Below are positions 51,246 to 64,000 of a stretch of DNA of 64,000 nucleotides, piece after piece (position 1 is the first letter of the stretch; the number at the start of each line of letters is the position of its first letter). Both the position numbers and the translations under genes were made by a program. The stretch is from Saccostrea echinata. Its lineage: Eukaryota. Below the pieces are notes generated by a model. The model saw nothing but the letters and a program-made list of their open reading frames with translations, did not search any database and was not told where the DNA came from. The stretch spans positions 992,001 to 1,056,000 of the forward strand of contig NW_026889796.1 of NCBI RefSeq assembly GCF_033153115.1. The letters run 5' to 3'.

Positions 51246-51602
51246 GCTTAAAAAAATGTGTGTTTCCAGTAACTCGATCAACCCTAATTTTTATCCTCCA
51301 ACTCCCCACCACTTTTTATTCTAAATCCGAATTTTGAGCTTTACTTTTGTTCACTGGTACAGTTTTCTCATAGTGCAGTCAGTTAAATGCATGTCTCAGA
51401 TACTGTAAAACATACATCTATACAAGCTTTTTAAAGAGTGAACTTGTTTTGTTGTCTATGTTTATTCATGAATATTTGTGTATGTATATATGACAAAAAA
51501 GAGCCAATTGAACAATTAACTGATATGCTTCCAAAATATTGCCTACATACCTTCCCAAAATTTTTTTAAGCATGTTAATGGAAACACATTTTTTATTTGG
51601 CC
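51245..51602. mobile_element. Degenerate GGCC-ended MITE at the start of the accessory-gene 3'UTR
   Basis: Inverted ends AAAAAAATGTGTGTTTCCA (~51250) and TGGAAACACATTTTTTATTTGGCC (to 51602); flanks TTA / TTG. Confidence 0.5.
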
Positions 51603-52589
51603 TTGATTACCTGAACGTTAAGATTTATATATGCTAGCTTTTTGTATTCTTTTTATTAAAACTATACATACATAAATACTATTTTTTCATTCAAATTTAG
51701 CAATTTCATGCAAATTGAAAAGTCCTTAATTAACATTGTTTGTGTGTGTTAGTACTGCTATTTTTAAGTAACATACTTTCATTATATTTGATTTCTCATG
51801 TCAAGAATATGATATCCAAGATATGCATCTGTTGAAGCAGCCTGTAAGAATTTCAGAATATTTAAGTATATATTCTGTGCTATCAGATTTATAAAAATTG
51901 AAAGAAGAGATTTTGTAGGATCATAAAAAAAATTCTATGGGAATAACCATTACTGTGTGTTCAAATGATAAACCTTTTTATTTAGTGTATTTTTTTTTTT
52001 CAATAATAAAATGATCACAAATGTACTATTGTTTTAATTTTACAAGATTGTTACTCTTTAGGCTGTCACTTGAAATGCAGTGTAGTTTTGATTGTCACGG
52101 ATATAAAGTTTAAACTGTCTTATTTGAAGATTGCAGAAAAAAGGTCTCTATCACGTTAAAACGACGTTTTTACAACGTTAATGCAACGTCTTGTATGACG
52201 TCTCAAGGACGTGAATAAATGACGTCGAGAAAACTTTCATTATCAACTACTATACAACGTCATTGCAACGTCTATAAAATGACGTCTAGGGGACGTATGA
52301 AAATGACGTCTAAAAAACTTTCATTTTCAATATCTTTTCAACGTCATTTCAACGTCTTGGTCCAACGTTTTAAAGACGTTTTAAAGACGTCATTTGCCCG
52401 CTGGGAAATTACCTGCATAATCAGCAGGACCTTTGTCTCCATAATGTTGATCAGCTGAGATGAATGGATTTCCAATAAGGCCTCATTTTGTTGGTCTGTG
52501 GACAAAGCTGGACAGGTTTTGTTCATCTTCTGACCAATTCATGTCCTATAAAAATCAATACCTGTAATTTAATAATCTGATAGCTTAAT

Positions 52590-52622
<33 letters not shown>

Positions 52623-55600
52623 AATGCAGTCAACTGATCAGAGCATGCTGGTAGCAAAAGGACAAGCTAAATTAAAGCAACTATCTAGATGAGGCATATA
52701 GAAGTGTGGGAGTAAACATGGCAACAACAGCTTTCAGAAGTACAAGTATCACTATAGGGGCTGAAATGATGTAAACAAAGCATCAATCTTCCCCTCCCTC
52801 CTTTGTGTCTTAACCAATGGGAAGGACCTTTACATCCACACATCATGGAATATTGGTCAATGAATTCACATATATAAATGACTCTTCCACACAATTAAGC
52901 CCTGTTTTTGTTATTCTACATAAATCAATGGGAAATCTACTAATGTAAACATGGGGAATGTTTATGCTTATTGTTGTTTACCTTTGACAACCATGAACTG
53001 GGTCGCTAAAATTGCCTCAACTTTGATAAATGTCCCAGCTACCATTATCATGTTCATGGTATATATTTAACTTCAGTGTTGCACAAAATGTTCATTTCTC
53101 TTCGCATGTAAAAAAGAACTTTTCTTAGTGTTTCAATCACCCTTTTAAATGATTAAATTTGAATTGATTTTAGCATACGAAAACATTTTTAATTAATCAA
53201 CATTAACTACTGTCCCTTAAAATGGTTAAAATGGAGCAACTATGAAATATTAAAACTCTACTACTAGAATTTGCAAAAATAAGTGAATTCCAGAATTAAG
53301 TTCAACAGTATTTATTAATAGAATTGTTGTGTTTCAGAAAAGATGGAGCAGCCAGTTACTTGTAAACTTTCTACACCTGCAATAAAATATAAAAAATAAT
53401 CAGGTCAGTCCCCGGGACACTATGTTAGCTCGTTGTTAACAGCTGAAAACTTAAAGAGATAGATCCACTTTTCACCTTTGATTTTGTTAACCTTTTGTGT
53501 GTGTGTGTGTGCCCATGTGTTTTTTTCATGATATATATTTTAAAAAAAAATTGTGACAGCCATTTACTACAACTATTCCTTACACTTCACTGAGTTTTTC
53601 TTATTTCACTATAGATACAGCTTATGTGCTCCTCACAACAAATAGCTTAGAATTAGTAACCATGCAAAGACTTTTTCTTAACCTACTATTAACAGTGGAA
53701 GTACAAGTACTTTTAATTAATGCTCCAGATCATTACTATTTGGGCGGCTTAGAACTGATAAACACACCTTAAATCACTAACTCAAAATGACCGATAGATT
53801 TTCAACTTGGTGACCTAACTAGGTAAACCTATATACGTATTATATACAGTTAAAATGCTCTCTGGGTCACAGCCTGTTTGGTTTATTTACGTGTTCTAAA
53901 CACACACACACACATACGTCAAAGGAATTTACTTCTTAAAAATTTTGGCGTAAACAAGAAATATCACATAATAAGTGAATAGTTGGTCATGGGTATTGTG
54001 TACATAGAAAACTTTGGTCTATTTAATTCTTATATAATCTTAGCTAACTTATAAATTTTCAATCTGCTTGACTCTTTTCAATGGTGCATGCTTGCATACA
54101 TGCAAACAAAGAAATATATAAAACATTCTTGCAGTGTGGCACCAGCAAGAAGATAAGAGAATATGTACATTATAACAGGTTGTTTGCATACTTAAATTTA
54201 CATAACTACCAAAAATAAAACAAATATCAAATCATTCCTAGTAATTTAATAAATTCCAAGAAAACATTCAAAGATAGCTCTGCTGGAATTCCAAACTCTT
54301 CAGTCAATGGTAGGCGGAGACAACTGTAAGGAGTTCTTAAGCTTAGTTTGCACATTTTCTTTTTCTGTGAAAAAAAATCTACCCAGCAACAAAATTTATA
54401 AACAAAAGATCTTTTAAAAATAAATTTGTAGCTCGTTAAGTGCATTCTTGTTGCTGTACACTTTAATTCACTTCTGATACACCGTTGACATTCTTTTTAA
54501 GACTCAACTTGAACGAAACACATTCCAAGTCCCCATATTAAAATATATGATTTGTGCCTTTGAAATTGATACATGATTTGTGCTTTTCAAATGTATTTTT
54601 CCAGAAGATTTTGTAGTGCACCAATTTATACCAATAGAAAATTAATTTTGTACAACTGTGAGCATATCTATAGCATTCACTAGTGACTTCACACCTTGTG
54701 TGTTGCAGTCCTGCTACGTCAAGGAGAGGTGCTTTAAAATTAGAAATCCAGGTAAATCAAATCTTATCTGCAATTACCTCTGCAAACAAAACCACAATGC
54801 AACAGACGAAGCCAATTGTGTATTCTTACACCTAGTCAATCCACTAATTCACTTAAGCTATTCAGATTTAGGGGCTTTCTTGTCAGAAATCTTTGCATGC
54901 ATTTGCTAATGAAACATGAATTGTTGTTTATGTAACATAGAAAATATTATTTGTGTATCTTTCATATCAAACTAATGTATTTAGCAACTGTATATATAAG
55001 GGTCTAAATCCTCTGCCATTTTAATATTTTGATTAAACATTAGAAGTTTAGTTTGGTAAAACAACATTTTACACAAAATGTCAATCAAACCAAGAATGTG
55101 TGCATTTGAGAGAGAGAGAGAAAGAGAAAAGAAAGCCTAATTATATATTGCTGACAATTGCATTTTTTAAAACACACCCTTCAAGTGTGAGCATGCCAAG
55201 ATAAACATCTAGTCTTCCCCTGTAGTTTTCTTTCGCCTCAGACTGATTCGGCTTGGTCTCCACCTATTGTTTTAGAAACCTTGTGAGCTATCAAGGCACT
55301 TTTAATTCTTTCAGTATGAAAGAGAGCAGCATTTAAATACCTAGCAAATCTGCAAAATTCGCCTACATACAAACATAATGGAGCTGGCCATAAAAACCAG
55401 AACAGGCCAATACAAATTTATAAAGGCTGTATAGCCCCCATGTTCCATCAGACATGTGTTTGAAGTTTATTTGATAAAAATCTTGGCCCCTGAATATATA
55501 AACCCATAGAACAAATGTTCACCTTATGTCCGTGACCCTTGTTGCATGAGATGGAGCCAAATTTTCTTAATCAATGTTGCCTTTAATCCCAACTATAACT

Positions 55601-56617
55601 TTGAGTAAAGATATTTTGCTTAAAACAAATACTTCCTTTCTTTGGCTCTTAGAGGAAATGCTTTACTTAATCTCTTTAAACAGTTGTATATTTAGAATTT
55701 GATTCTTTTGTCCTGCCAATAGAAATATTTTTAGTCATGTGTTGCTCCAAAGATCCATCGTAAAAACAACCAACCAAATCAGTTGTATCTCATTAGACAT
55801 CAAAGTGGTTTAATTATTCTTACTGATAAGAGGACAAGGGTTACTTCAGTAAAGTTCAATAGTGCCTTTAGCCATGTCACAAGATTTTCACATATATCAC
55901 AAGGACTTTTAAATCTAATCCAACCCAAGAAAAACTTTAATTTTGGAGGTGTTGACGTCTCCCTTGAAATTTTATCAGTTAAAATTGTGCTGCATCAACA
56001 CAAAATGTGACAGGGTCAAGATGGGAATTGATAACCTCTTGTTACAAATTAACTGCCAATTGTTTATAAATGACCAATTTAAAATCCCCTGACACACAAA
56101 TTAAACTCTTCTTGCAAACAGTTTCTGGACATTTTATCCAAGTCCTGGTCCTATGATTAAAACAGTTTTGTTTTGAGACAAATAAAATTCAAACATCAGT
56201 TCAAAATAACTTACAACGATTGCGTGGCACACAATACATATAAGACTCAGTGGTTGAAATGCGATATGGACAATTTACTGTAGTTACGATCTCTGACAAA
56301 CAGTATATGACAATGGTAGGTACTTTATGTGTTACTGTCATTATAATGACTCACAAATCCAATCCGCAGATCAAAAGCCAACTTTGAACATTCTGCAGAG
56401 AACTTTAATCCCCATACTACCAAATTAAGATTTACAAGAAGATCAATTGAATTTCACCTTGTATCAACTTAAAACTACTACAATCCTTACTTTTCTAAAC
56501 AATTTCAACTTTGATGTGATGAGTTTCATAATCTTTTCATTTACTTTTTGCTCCCAGAAAGTATTGATTTTAACTGATTATTATAGTATGGAATCTTTTT
56601 TTTTTTTCTACGAATAA

Positions 56618-56932
56618 AACTATAGACATCATCGAGATGGTGACATCTCAAAGGGTCGCGCTTTTGGCAAAGGACATAAGAATGAAAGACCCTTTATCCA
56701 AGGGCACTCAGGGTGCTATAAATTGCTATAACCTTGACCATTAGCCTAGAAACTTGGTTCAAGAACACTGCACATCCTCTACTCAAAAGCACTTTATGGG
56801 TGAAGTTTGAACCCAACAGGGCCATAGGGAGAGAAAATATGCTATTGACTAATGAAATCAGATGGACAGATGGATGGACAGACTGACTGACGGATCGATC
56901 ACTACAGGGTACTTGCAGAGCAGGGCCCTTAA
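56618..56932 (-). mobile_element. Short degenerate HINE-type element
   Basis: AACTATAGACATCATCGAGATGGTG end hairpin, ACCTTGACC core, (GGAC/GACT)n microsatellite and AGGG...GGCCCTTAA end. Confidence 0.6.
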
Positions 56933-57057
56933 AAAATTCACTGATATCATATAGGATTCTGAATTTGAGAAAACAATGAATAATTCAAATTTCAAAGTAT
57001 CCTAGCATCTAATTTTTTCTTACGTGCAACTCCTTTAATTTCAGAATTAACTATTTC

Positions 57058-57250
57058 TTTGGTTTTTGCTTGTTTGCTTGTTTTATGTCCCGGCCTTCAA
57101 GAATTTTAGTTATATTCGCACACCCTCAAATGCTTGTGGAAGTTTCAGACCTGTTCTCAGTACTAATTATGCAGTGTGGGATCTGTTTTGTGTCAGCACC
57201 TACTGCCTCATGTGACCTTGGTTTAAAATGGTGTCTTCCAGACGACCAGG
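57058..57250 (-). mobile_element. Degenerate SINE fragment
   Basis: (TTTG)n tail, TCAAGAATTTT and GGGATCT...TGTCAGCACCTACTG...GACCTTGGTTTA align to the SINE at 59630. Confidence 0.65.
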
Positions 57251-57270
57251 AATTCATATTTTAATCATCG

Positions 57271-57460
57271 CAATCTATTCAAAGTATCTTATTAAGCTCG
57301 GCCCTGTATCTAGACAAAGACAATGCTTGTGACCATTCAACTAATAACAAATCTATGCTCCATCTCAATCTATTCAGAGAATCTAGCTCAACCCTGTATC
57401 TAGACAAAGACAATGCTTGTGACCATCCAACTAATAACAAATCTATGCTCAACTCTCAAT
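57271..57460. repeat. Tandem duplication, ~90-bp period
   Basis: CCCTGTATCTAGACAAAGACAATGCTTGTGACCAT at 57302 and 57392. Confidence 0.9.
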
Positions 57461-57486
57461 ATCCATCTTAGTTTCCTCAATTTAGC

Positions 57487-57596
57487 CACAGGCACTGGAA
57501 GTTAATGTAAATATATTGAGTATGTGCATGTTCAAAAAAAGAGGACCTTTTACACATGCACATACTCGATATTTATTTTAACTTCCAATGCCCATG
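57487..57596. mobile_element. 110-bp hairpin MITE with 8-bp TSD (hAT-like)
   Basis: ~45-bp imperfect inverted arms, CA...TG termini, flanks AATTTAGC / AATCTAGC (7/8). Confidence 0.82.
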
Positions 57597-59629
57597 AATC
57601 TAGCTGATCAATACAATCTTCATGGAACTATAACATTAATTTTATAAGTCTAGAAGTGGAAGGAGGCAACATCAGGACTACATAAAAGACTTTCAGAGTG
57701 ATACAAATCATGATAAAGCAAACTAGTATTTGTACCTATATTACTTATTTACCTTGTGACACAGAGAGACCGATTTCCCTGTCATGATGGATCTAGTATA
57801 TAACACAGAGCACTCTTTTCTACCTGGGAAGGTTGCACATCAATTAATCTTTTAATCTACACAGCTCATCAATACTTTAGTTGTTTTACATATATTTACC
57901 TTATAAACAAGGCAGGGTACAATGCACAAATGGACAAAAATTTTAGATTTGAGGAACTTTGATGACAGTAAATGGATGAGCTCTAACACATGTGATCTTG
58001 TCTGTCAAGGCAATGGATGTCAGATTTAGCCTGAAAGAACAAGGAAACAAGACTAATTTTAGCAAAAGGTCACCAAAGAGGTAGAAATTGATGGACCTGT
58101 GGCCCTTGATGAACAAGTTTAAACAGCTATCGTGCAACCAATCCTGAAAGCTTTCTTATTTCATTGCATTCAATTCTGCCCTTCAAGCAAATTACCCAAA
58201 AAGAACCTTTCATCGGCTTAACATTTTTTTTTGTTTGTAACCCCTCTTGCATAAGATGTAATTGTCATCAAACTTGAGATCTGTCACATCATGAGGGCGT
58301 CATTCAATTGTGACCTTTTCTGTTGAACAAACACTTTATTAGTCTTCAGACAGAGAAAAAAACTTTAATTGGTAATTCAGTATTAAGAGTTTAACAATGT
58401 TTTCACTTCATTGGCAGCCAAACAAAGAAAACACAAATCAAGAAATGGATGATACGACTGATTCATCAAAAATAAAATACTTCTGCATTTCACTTATTTT
58501 CTGCTCCAAGTCATTTGCACAGGAAAAATACAAAGGAATTTAAGAAAAACCCTCAAACCACAAAGTAAAGAGAATAAAAGGACTTTTAATTCTATCTAGT
58601 AGCATTCCATTAATTTACTTGCGATTGATTCCTGATATTGGATTCCAGTTCCATAACCTCAAAGCCTAAACACAATCACCTTACACAGTGTCCACAAGTT
58701 CATAGAATTACACAGATTACAAAAGGCCCATGACCTAAAAAATGACCCTATGATATGCAAAGTACAAAAAATATTTAGACAATAGATTTCACAAATTCTA
58801 AAATGGTTATCTAAATCTCAATTTCACACACTTTCATTCTCCAATTCAATGGAGTGTGTAATGAGGCATGTGTTTCTAAATCTTTTTTTCTTAGCTGTTA
58901 TTATTCTATGATCATATCATGTATGTGTCAAATTCAGTTATACAACTCACTTTCCTCTTGATTTAGGTTTAATTATCAAGAAAATTTTATCTTCAAACAG
59001 TCTTTGAATAGATTTAAGTTTGTAACCTCAAGTGGGCAAAATGTTGTTACTTGCTTGACACTAGCTATACCACAAAACAGATCATATGATACTACATCAA
59101 TGTGCAGATCTGCGCATTTTCTTATCGTACTGCTAAAGAAAACTTAATATGCATTCCTGTATGCACCAGAAAGCAGCTTTTTAAGAAAACTCAAGACAAA
59201 AGTACGGACTTGAGAGACTATTTAAAGAAAAGATTGATCAAACTAATTAAAATTCTGTTCCACTAGAAATAAATTGGATCTGCTGAATGTGCATATAAAA
59301 TTGCACAAAAACCTAAAGGGTTCATGAAGTGTGCACGGAAGCTTGCTGCACATTAAAGTCATCATTTTGATGGTTGCTAGATTTCTATCTTTTTGACAGG
59401 CGTTATCTTTTTTTTTTCTCAGGATGTGACTGATAATCAGAACGAGAGGAGACAGTTGGTAGATTTACTACACTGCACTCAAAACACAGGAAGGTGTAAG
59501 AACGATTTGTAACTGGCACCACCAGCATCTATACCATGGTTTGATATTTATATACTTACAAAACATAGAAAAAGATTTTTTTAAGAAATGAATCCATAAT
59601 ATATGTGGATATGGCTTACAAATGAACTA

Positions 59630-59921
59630 GTCACCCGCGTGGCGCAGTGGTTAGAGCATTTGCTCTAGAGTCGAGGAGTAAGGAGTTGATCCTTATGTCA
59701 CGGGTTTGAATCCCACTGCAGGATGTAGAGGCCGGTCCTTCGGATGAGACTGTATAAACCGAGGTCCCGTGTCGCAGTAAGTGCTGGCACGAAAAAGGTC
59801 CCTCACTGCTCAATGGCCCTGCGTGCCAAGCATAGGTCAAAATTTGTTGCCCTCCACCGGCAAGTGGTGGCGTCTCCATATGAGTGAAAAATTCTCGAGA
59901 GGGACGTTAAACAACAAACAA
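59630..59921 (+). mobile_element. Full-length tRNA-derived SINE with Deu/Nin-like core
   Basis: A box TGGCGCAGTGG, B box GGTTTGAATCC, core CCTTCGGATGAGAC..AAACCGAGGTCC, (AAAC)n tail and a perfect 12-bp TSD ACAAATGAACTA (59618-59629, 59922-59933). Confidence 0.93.
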
Positions 59922-62900
59922 ACAAATGAACTACAGCATTTCAAGGTTTCTACAAGTACACACACACTAACACTGATAGGGGTGTTGGCTCACTACTCTC
60001 AGATTGACTCCGATTGATTTCTGATGAGAGGCATTTTCTTTACATACATTTATAAAAACCTCCTGAACCAATGAATGAAATCATTCAAATCTCAAGCATT
60101 TGTGGCTACTCTTGATGGTCATTTGAACTAAAAGCAGTTACCTAATGTCACCAAATTATTCAAAGAATGGGGACAGAATTTTAACATATCTATGTATCAA
60201 ATCAATAAATTAATAATTGCATAAAGTACAGTTCATCATTTATCTACAATTTATATTGAATATAACACCCCCTCCCCTAAAACACAATTGCTCTCCCTCA
60301 ATACATCAAGTATGGAAAAAAATGCCTGAAGAAATTTATTGGCATGCACATCATGTAGTTTCTCATGTCTTTCTACTCTGATCTTTCCTTTTGTCCATAA
60401 CAACTTCCTACTATAACATCAGGACCCCATGTTTCATACAAAATAGATTTCTCTCTTGTCAGTTAATGACCCACCAATAAATACTATTGAAATTTGGCCT
60501 CCCCTAATCCTCTCCACACATGTAGGAAATACAAATTCAATTATTTAAATGAAGCATTATTAGTTTCGTCACTTTTCAGCTCCAAGTCAGAGAATGAGTG
60601 ACAGATAGGTTAAAAGATAAATACATGAGTGACGGATGGAACACTACATAGAACCTTCAACCCCTAACAATATTAACTGGTATAATCATCGACAGGAAAA
60701 GTCAGTATTTCATGCAATACTCCTGTTTGATGATGATAAATTATTTGTGAAAGTTCTAAGGAAATTAGACAAACACGGTGCACTATGCACACTATTCACT
60801 GCATCCTATTTAATGAAAGCTGGTCTAGACAATTCTGGGCCTACTATTTTGCTTTTTTATTTTAGTTTACCTCATGCACAAACATAGCTTTTGTGAAAAC
60901 TAGACAGTATGCAGTGTGAAAGCTAGCCTTTTAATGATCTAATGCCTTTTTCATACCCATCTTAAACTAAAATTAATACCGGTAGATTGCAATTTAAAAG
61001 AAACATCAAAGAGTGTTTCAATAATAACTTGTTGTTTTTCTCACTTTTGGTTCAGAACCCATTGAATCCTAACAATTAGCCTGGACAGAGTTATTCTTCT
61101 ATCAGTAATGGAAATCTTCAATATATGGAGGTGCAAAGTGGGCCCATTAATGATGCATGCAGAGTTGTCACCCTTATCTCTCTGGTACATGGGTCATTAC
61201 CCCTTAATGGTTAGATATCCAGCTGGCTCTTCTTTTGGTGGAGTTAAGAATGGTGGTAAGGTTACATCATCACCCAATAGACCCTCTCCTCATGGTGTCT
61301 TTCCAATAGAGTTCAAGTCCCAGGCCCTTCATTTACAATCACCATCTACCAAAGCAAGAAATATTTACTCAAGCTGACAGAAGATTAGCTGGAATTAATT
61401 ACATACATGAGGAAGATTTTTCCTCTTAATGTCATCCATAAAGATACAAAAAACCCATCTCTAGGTTATATAACTGTTCCCTACATCACAGACATTTCAT
61501 TAATGACCTGTCACAGTTTCTCTGCTTTTAGATTGGTCCATTTTCTTAAAGGGAATATTATGTAACATTCATTACATCTTATTAACTCTTTCCAGGATTT
61601 TAATTAGTTTCTTTGTGACACACATTCATTATTTTCTCATAATTTAATTCCCATCCTGTGAAAAATTAAAGAAGGTGTTAATGAAAATAAAGGGTGTGAA
61701 TTAAGACATATATCAAATCATTACAGAGGATATGAAAAAATTGCTAATTAATTAACAGGTGAGGTTAATTCTTTCCAATGATGAATCCTCAGATAAGGGT
61801 AAGACTTCACATTACCTGTACAATTTGTTCATATATCCAACATCTTACCTGTAAAATTTGTTCATACATACAACATAGATGCATTAGAAAGAGGTATCTC
61901 CAAGACTCTATTATATTTTTTTTACTCAAGCAATTAATGCATAGAATTTGTCTGATTTGTGTCCAATGTTTTAGTAAATTAACATGATTATAAAATTGAA
62001 TCTCTTCCCAAATACTTGTATAATACTAGTGCTGGGGAATCAAAAGTTTTATACTTTATAATTAAAAGTCAATCATTGCATGATTAAAGAACTGAAAAGC
62101 CCAAACTTTTTACTTATCAAAATTCTTCTGTGTTTACTTAATTGTAAATAATACTAGTAATCTTTAAATCTTCCAGTCCATAGCTGCTGTACAAGGCACC
62201 ACCATCAGTTTCACAGATGAAAAGTCAAGAATATCGAAAAACATAGAACAGAACAGAATAGAACATTTATTTTCTAATTTAGAGCCCATAACAGACAAGT
62301 ATGAAATTATTACAATAATAAGGAAAAGATGTGCCAATGGATAGTATAACAATTTGTAAATGACATTGCTCATTTCAACAATAATATTGTACTATTTCAG
62401 TTAAAGGGAATACTATATATGAAAGTGTATGGCTACTACAACATGTGTACAAAGTTATTTCTAAAGGTTCTTTAGATCATGTTTTCATTTTTTTTTTTCA
62501 ATTTAGTCAATATGATTATGAAGATTGTAATCAATAATTGATTTGGGATGATCTTTAGTAGTGACTGACTTTTGATTGTTGGCATCAAATATGGTACATG
62601 TATACACTAGCTGCCATACTTTTTCTTTTATATAATTTCTCTCTATTCAATGTAAAACAAACTGAGTACAAGTACTACTAACTAGTACGTTGAGAATAAA
62701 CAATTTACTGTTATCTTTACAATCATGTATTTTACCCATACAACTGGATAATCAGGGATTTATTAATCAAATATACCCCACTGGTAAGATAGGATTTACT
62801 CCCTATAGTTCTATGGACAAAAACATTAGGGATCCATCACTTACAGACAGGAAAAGTCAACCACTATAATCATGGGTTTGTCTTGGGTCTCAATAACATA

Positions 62901-64000
62901 AACAAAACCTCTAATAACACTTTATCAAAGGGCCTTATGTCACTAGATCAATAGTTTTGTTCTGGGGGTGCTTCAAGCTGCCTATAGGCCCTGAAGTAAA
63001 CAAGCATTTATTAAAGGGATTAAAGAATCAAGTCAATTAATGAAAAAACCACCTGCAGGGAGGTGTAATGTTTTCTTGTTTTATGACACATTTCATAAAT
63101 GAAAGGCACCAACACCCTAGTAAGCTGAAATAATAATACTTCTTATTTACAAGTTTATAGTATATATAATATCAGTAATTTGTGTGTGTTAATTTTTTCA
63201 AAATGTTTTCTTTAGAGTTTAAATTTATAATATGGCAAACTTGACACAATGCAACACAGCTAGTGTATTAAGTGGCACAGAAATTAATTTCATGCAATAT
63301 ATAGTAATATATCTATGTAGTATGGAAATAAATTTCAAAATTACAGGATATAAATAATAGGAGTCAACTGGTGAAGACTAATTAACAGTTTTCCACCTCA
63401 ATTTATGTGTTGGCAGTTGATCGTTGACATTGTTTTAATTGTCAGCTTGTTGTAGGAAGTTCTTTATAAATCCACAAAAAGTTATTTTTAGCCACATAAA
63501 AACAGCAATGTCACCTTTCCTAAACAAAGTATGTTGAACACATTAATGTACCTTTAAAAATATCTTTGAAAATATATCAAGCTGAATGTAGTTCAATATA
63601 ACAGGTGTATACAAGAATGAACCAGACCAATTGGTATTGATAAATACCTGCATGGACTCTCACACAACTTTTATGGACTGCAGGGGCCAGGGTCGTAAAA
63701 ATTGGGAAAATTAACAACCTTTTAGAAATTTTGTGAAAATCTTATAAATACACATTACAATCTCACATACATTAAATTCATTACATATTGGGTTTCTGCA
63801 ATCAAGTGTTTATTATCAACTTTATAAATTTCTGATTTGAAATATAGAAGAATATGAATAACAAGCTTTATAGTAATTACATATCTTATTGCATGTTAAT
63901 CCTTTTAATTTTTGGAGGAAGTCACAATTGGGAAAATTAACACAAATAATAAGGGGAAGGGCCTGGATTATACACTGTTCAATATTAAATGTATAATCAC

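Larger units (their letters stand above)
43071..52405 (+). mobile_element. Full-length EnSpm/CACTA (CMC superfamily) DNA transposon, 9335 bp
   Basis: Imperfect TIRs CCCAGCAGACACGAGACGTCT vs CCCAGCGGGCAAATGACGTCT (16/21), AA(A) on both flanks, dense GACGT/AACGT subterminal arrays (43086-43725, 52150-52391), and intact transposase and accessory ORFs. Confidence 0.93.

Noticed and set aside
61108-61377. GC-richer 89-aa ORF or a possible minus-strand exon
   Set aside because: No recognisable domain; the minus frames have stops and lack a good acceptor.
62570-62592. Partial match to miR-315 (TTTTGATTGTTG)
   Set aside because: Only 12 nt match and no convincing precursor hairpin. A by-eye scan found no conserved miRNA gene in the window.
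63681-63965. hAT-like MITE (CAGGG...GGCCTG)
   Set aside because: The TIRs are too degenerate and there is no TSD; likely an old remnant but not supportable.

Overview
AT-rich eukaryotic (animal) genomic DNA. The repeat families (HINE/Helentron-type elements with central tandem arrays, Deu/Nin-type tRNA SINEs) suggest a bivalve, probably an oyster; this is inferred, not proven. Main content: (1) a ~174-183 bp satellite array at 1-1880; (2) a complete six-exon Mad/MXD/MXI1-family bHLH-ZIP repressor gene on + (CDS 6029-10438, 202 aa, probable ~2.9 kb 3'UTR); (3) a long stretch without recognisable host CDS, dense in MITEs, HINEs, SINEs and minisatellites, with a nested TE pile at 30-39 kb; (4) an apparently intact 9.3 kb EnSpm/CACTA (CMC) DNA transposon at 43071-52405. 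The transposon has imperfect TIRs, an AA(A) TSD, GACGT subterminal arrays, an intronless DDE transposase and a nine-exon 528-aa accessory gene (RS-rich repeats plus a DUF4806-like C-terminus) that the ORF track shows only as fragments. The transposase ORF appears to lie inside an intron of the accessory-gene transcript. All exon structures were derived by hand from splice signals and frame continuity, without expression data.
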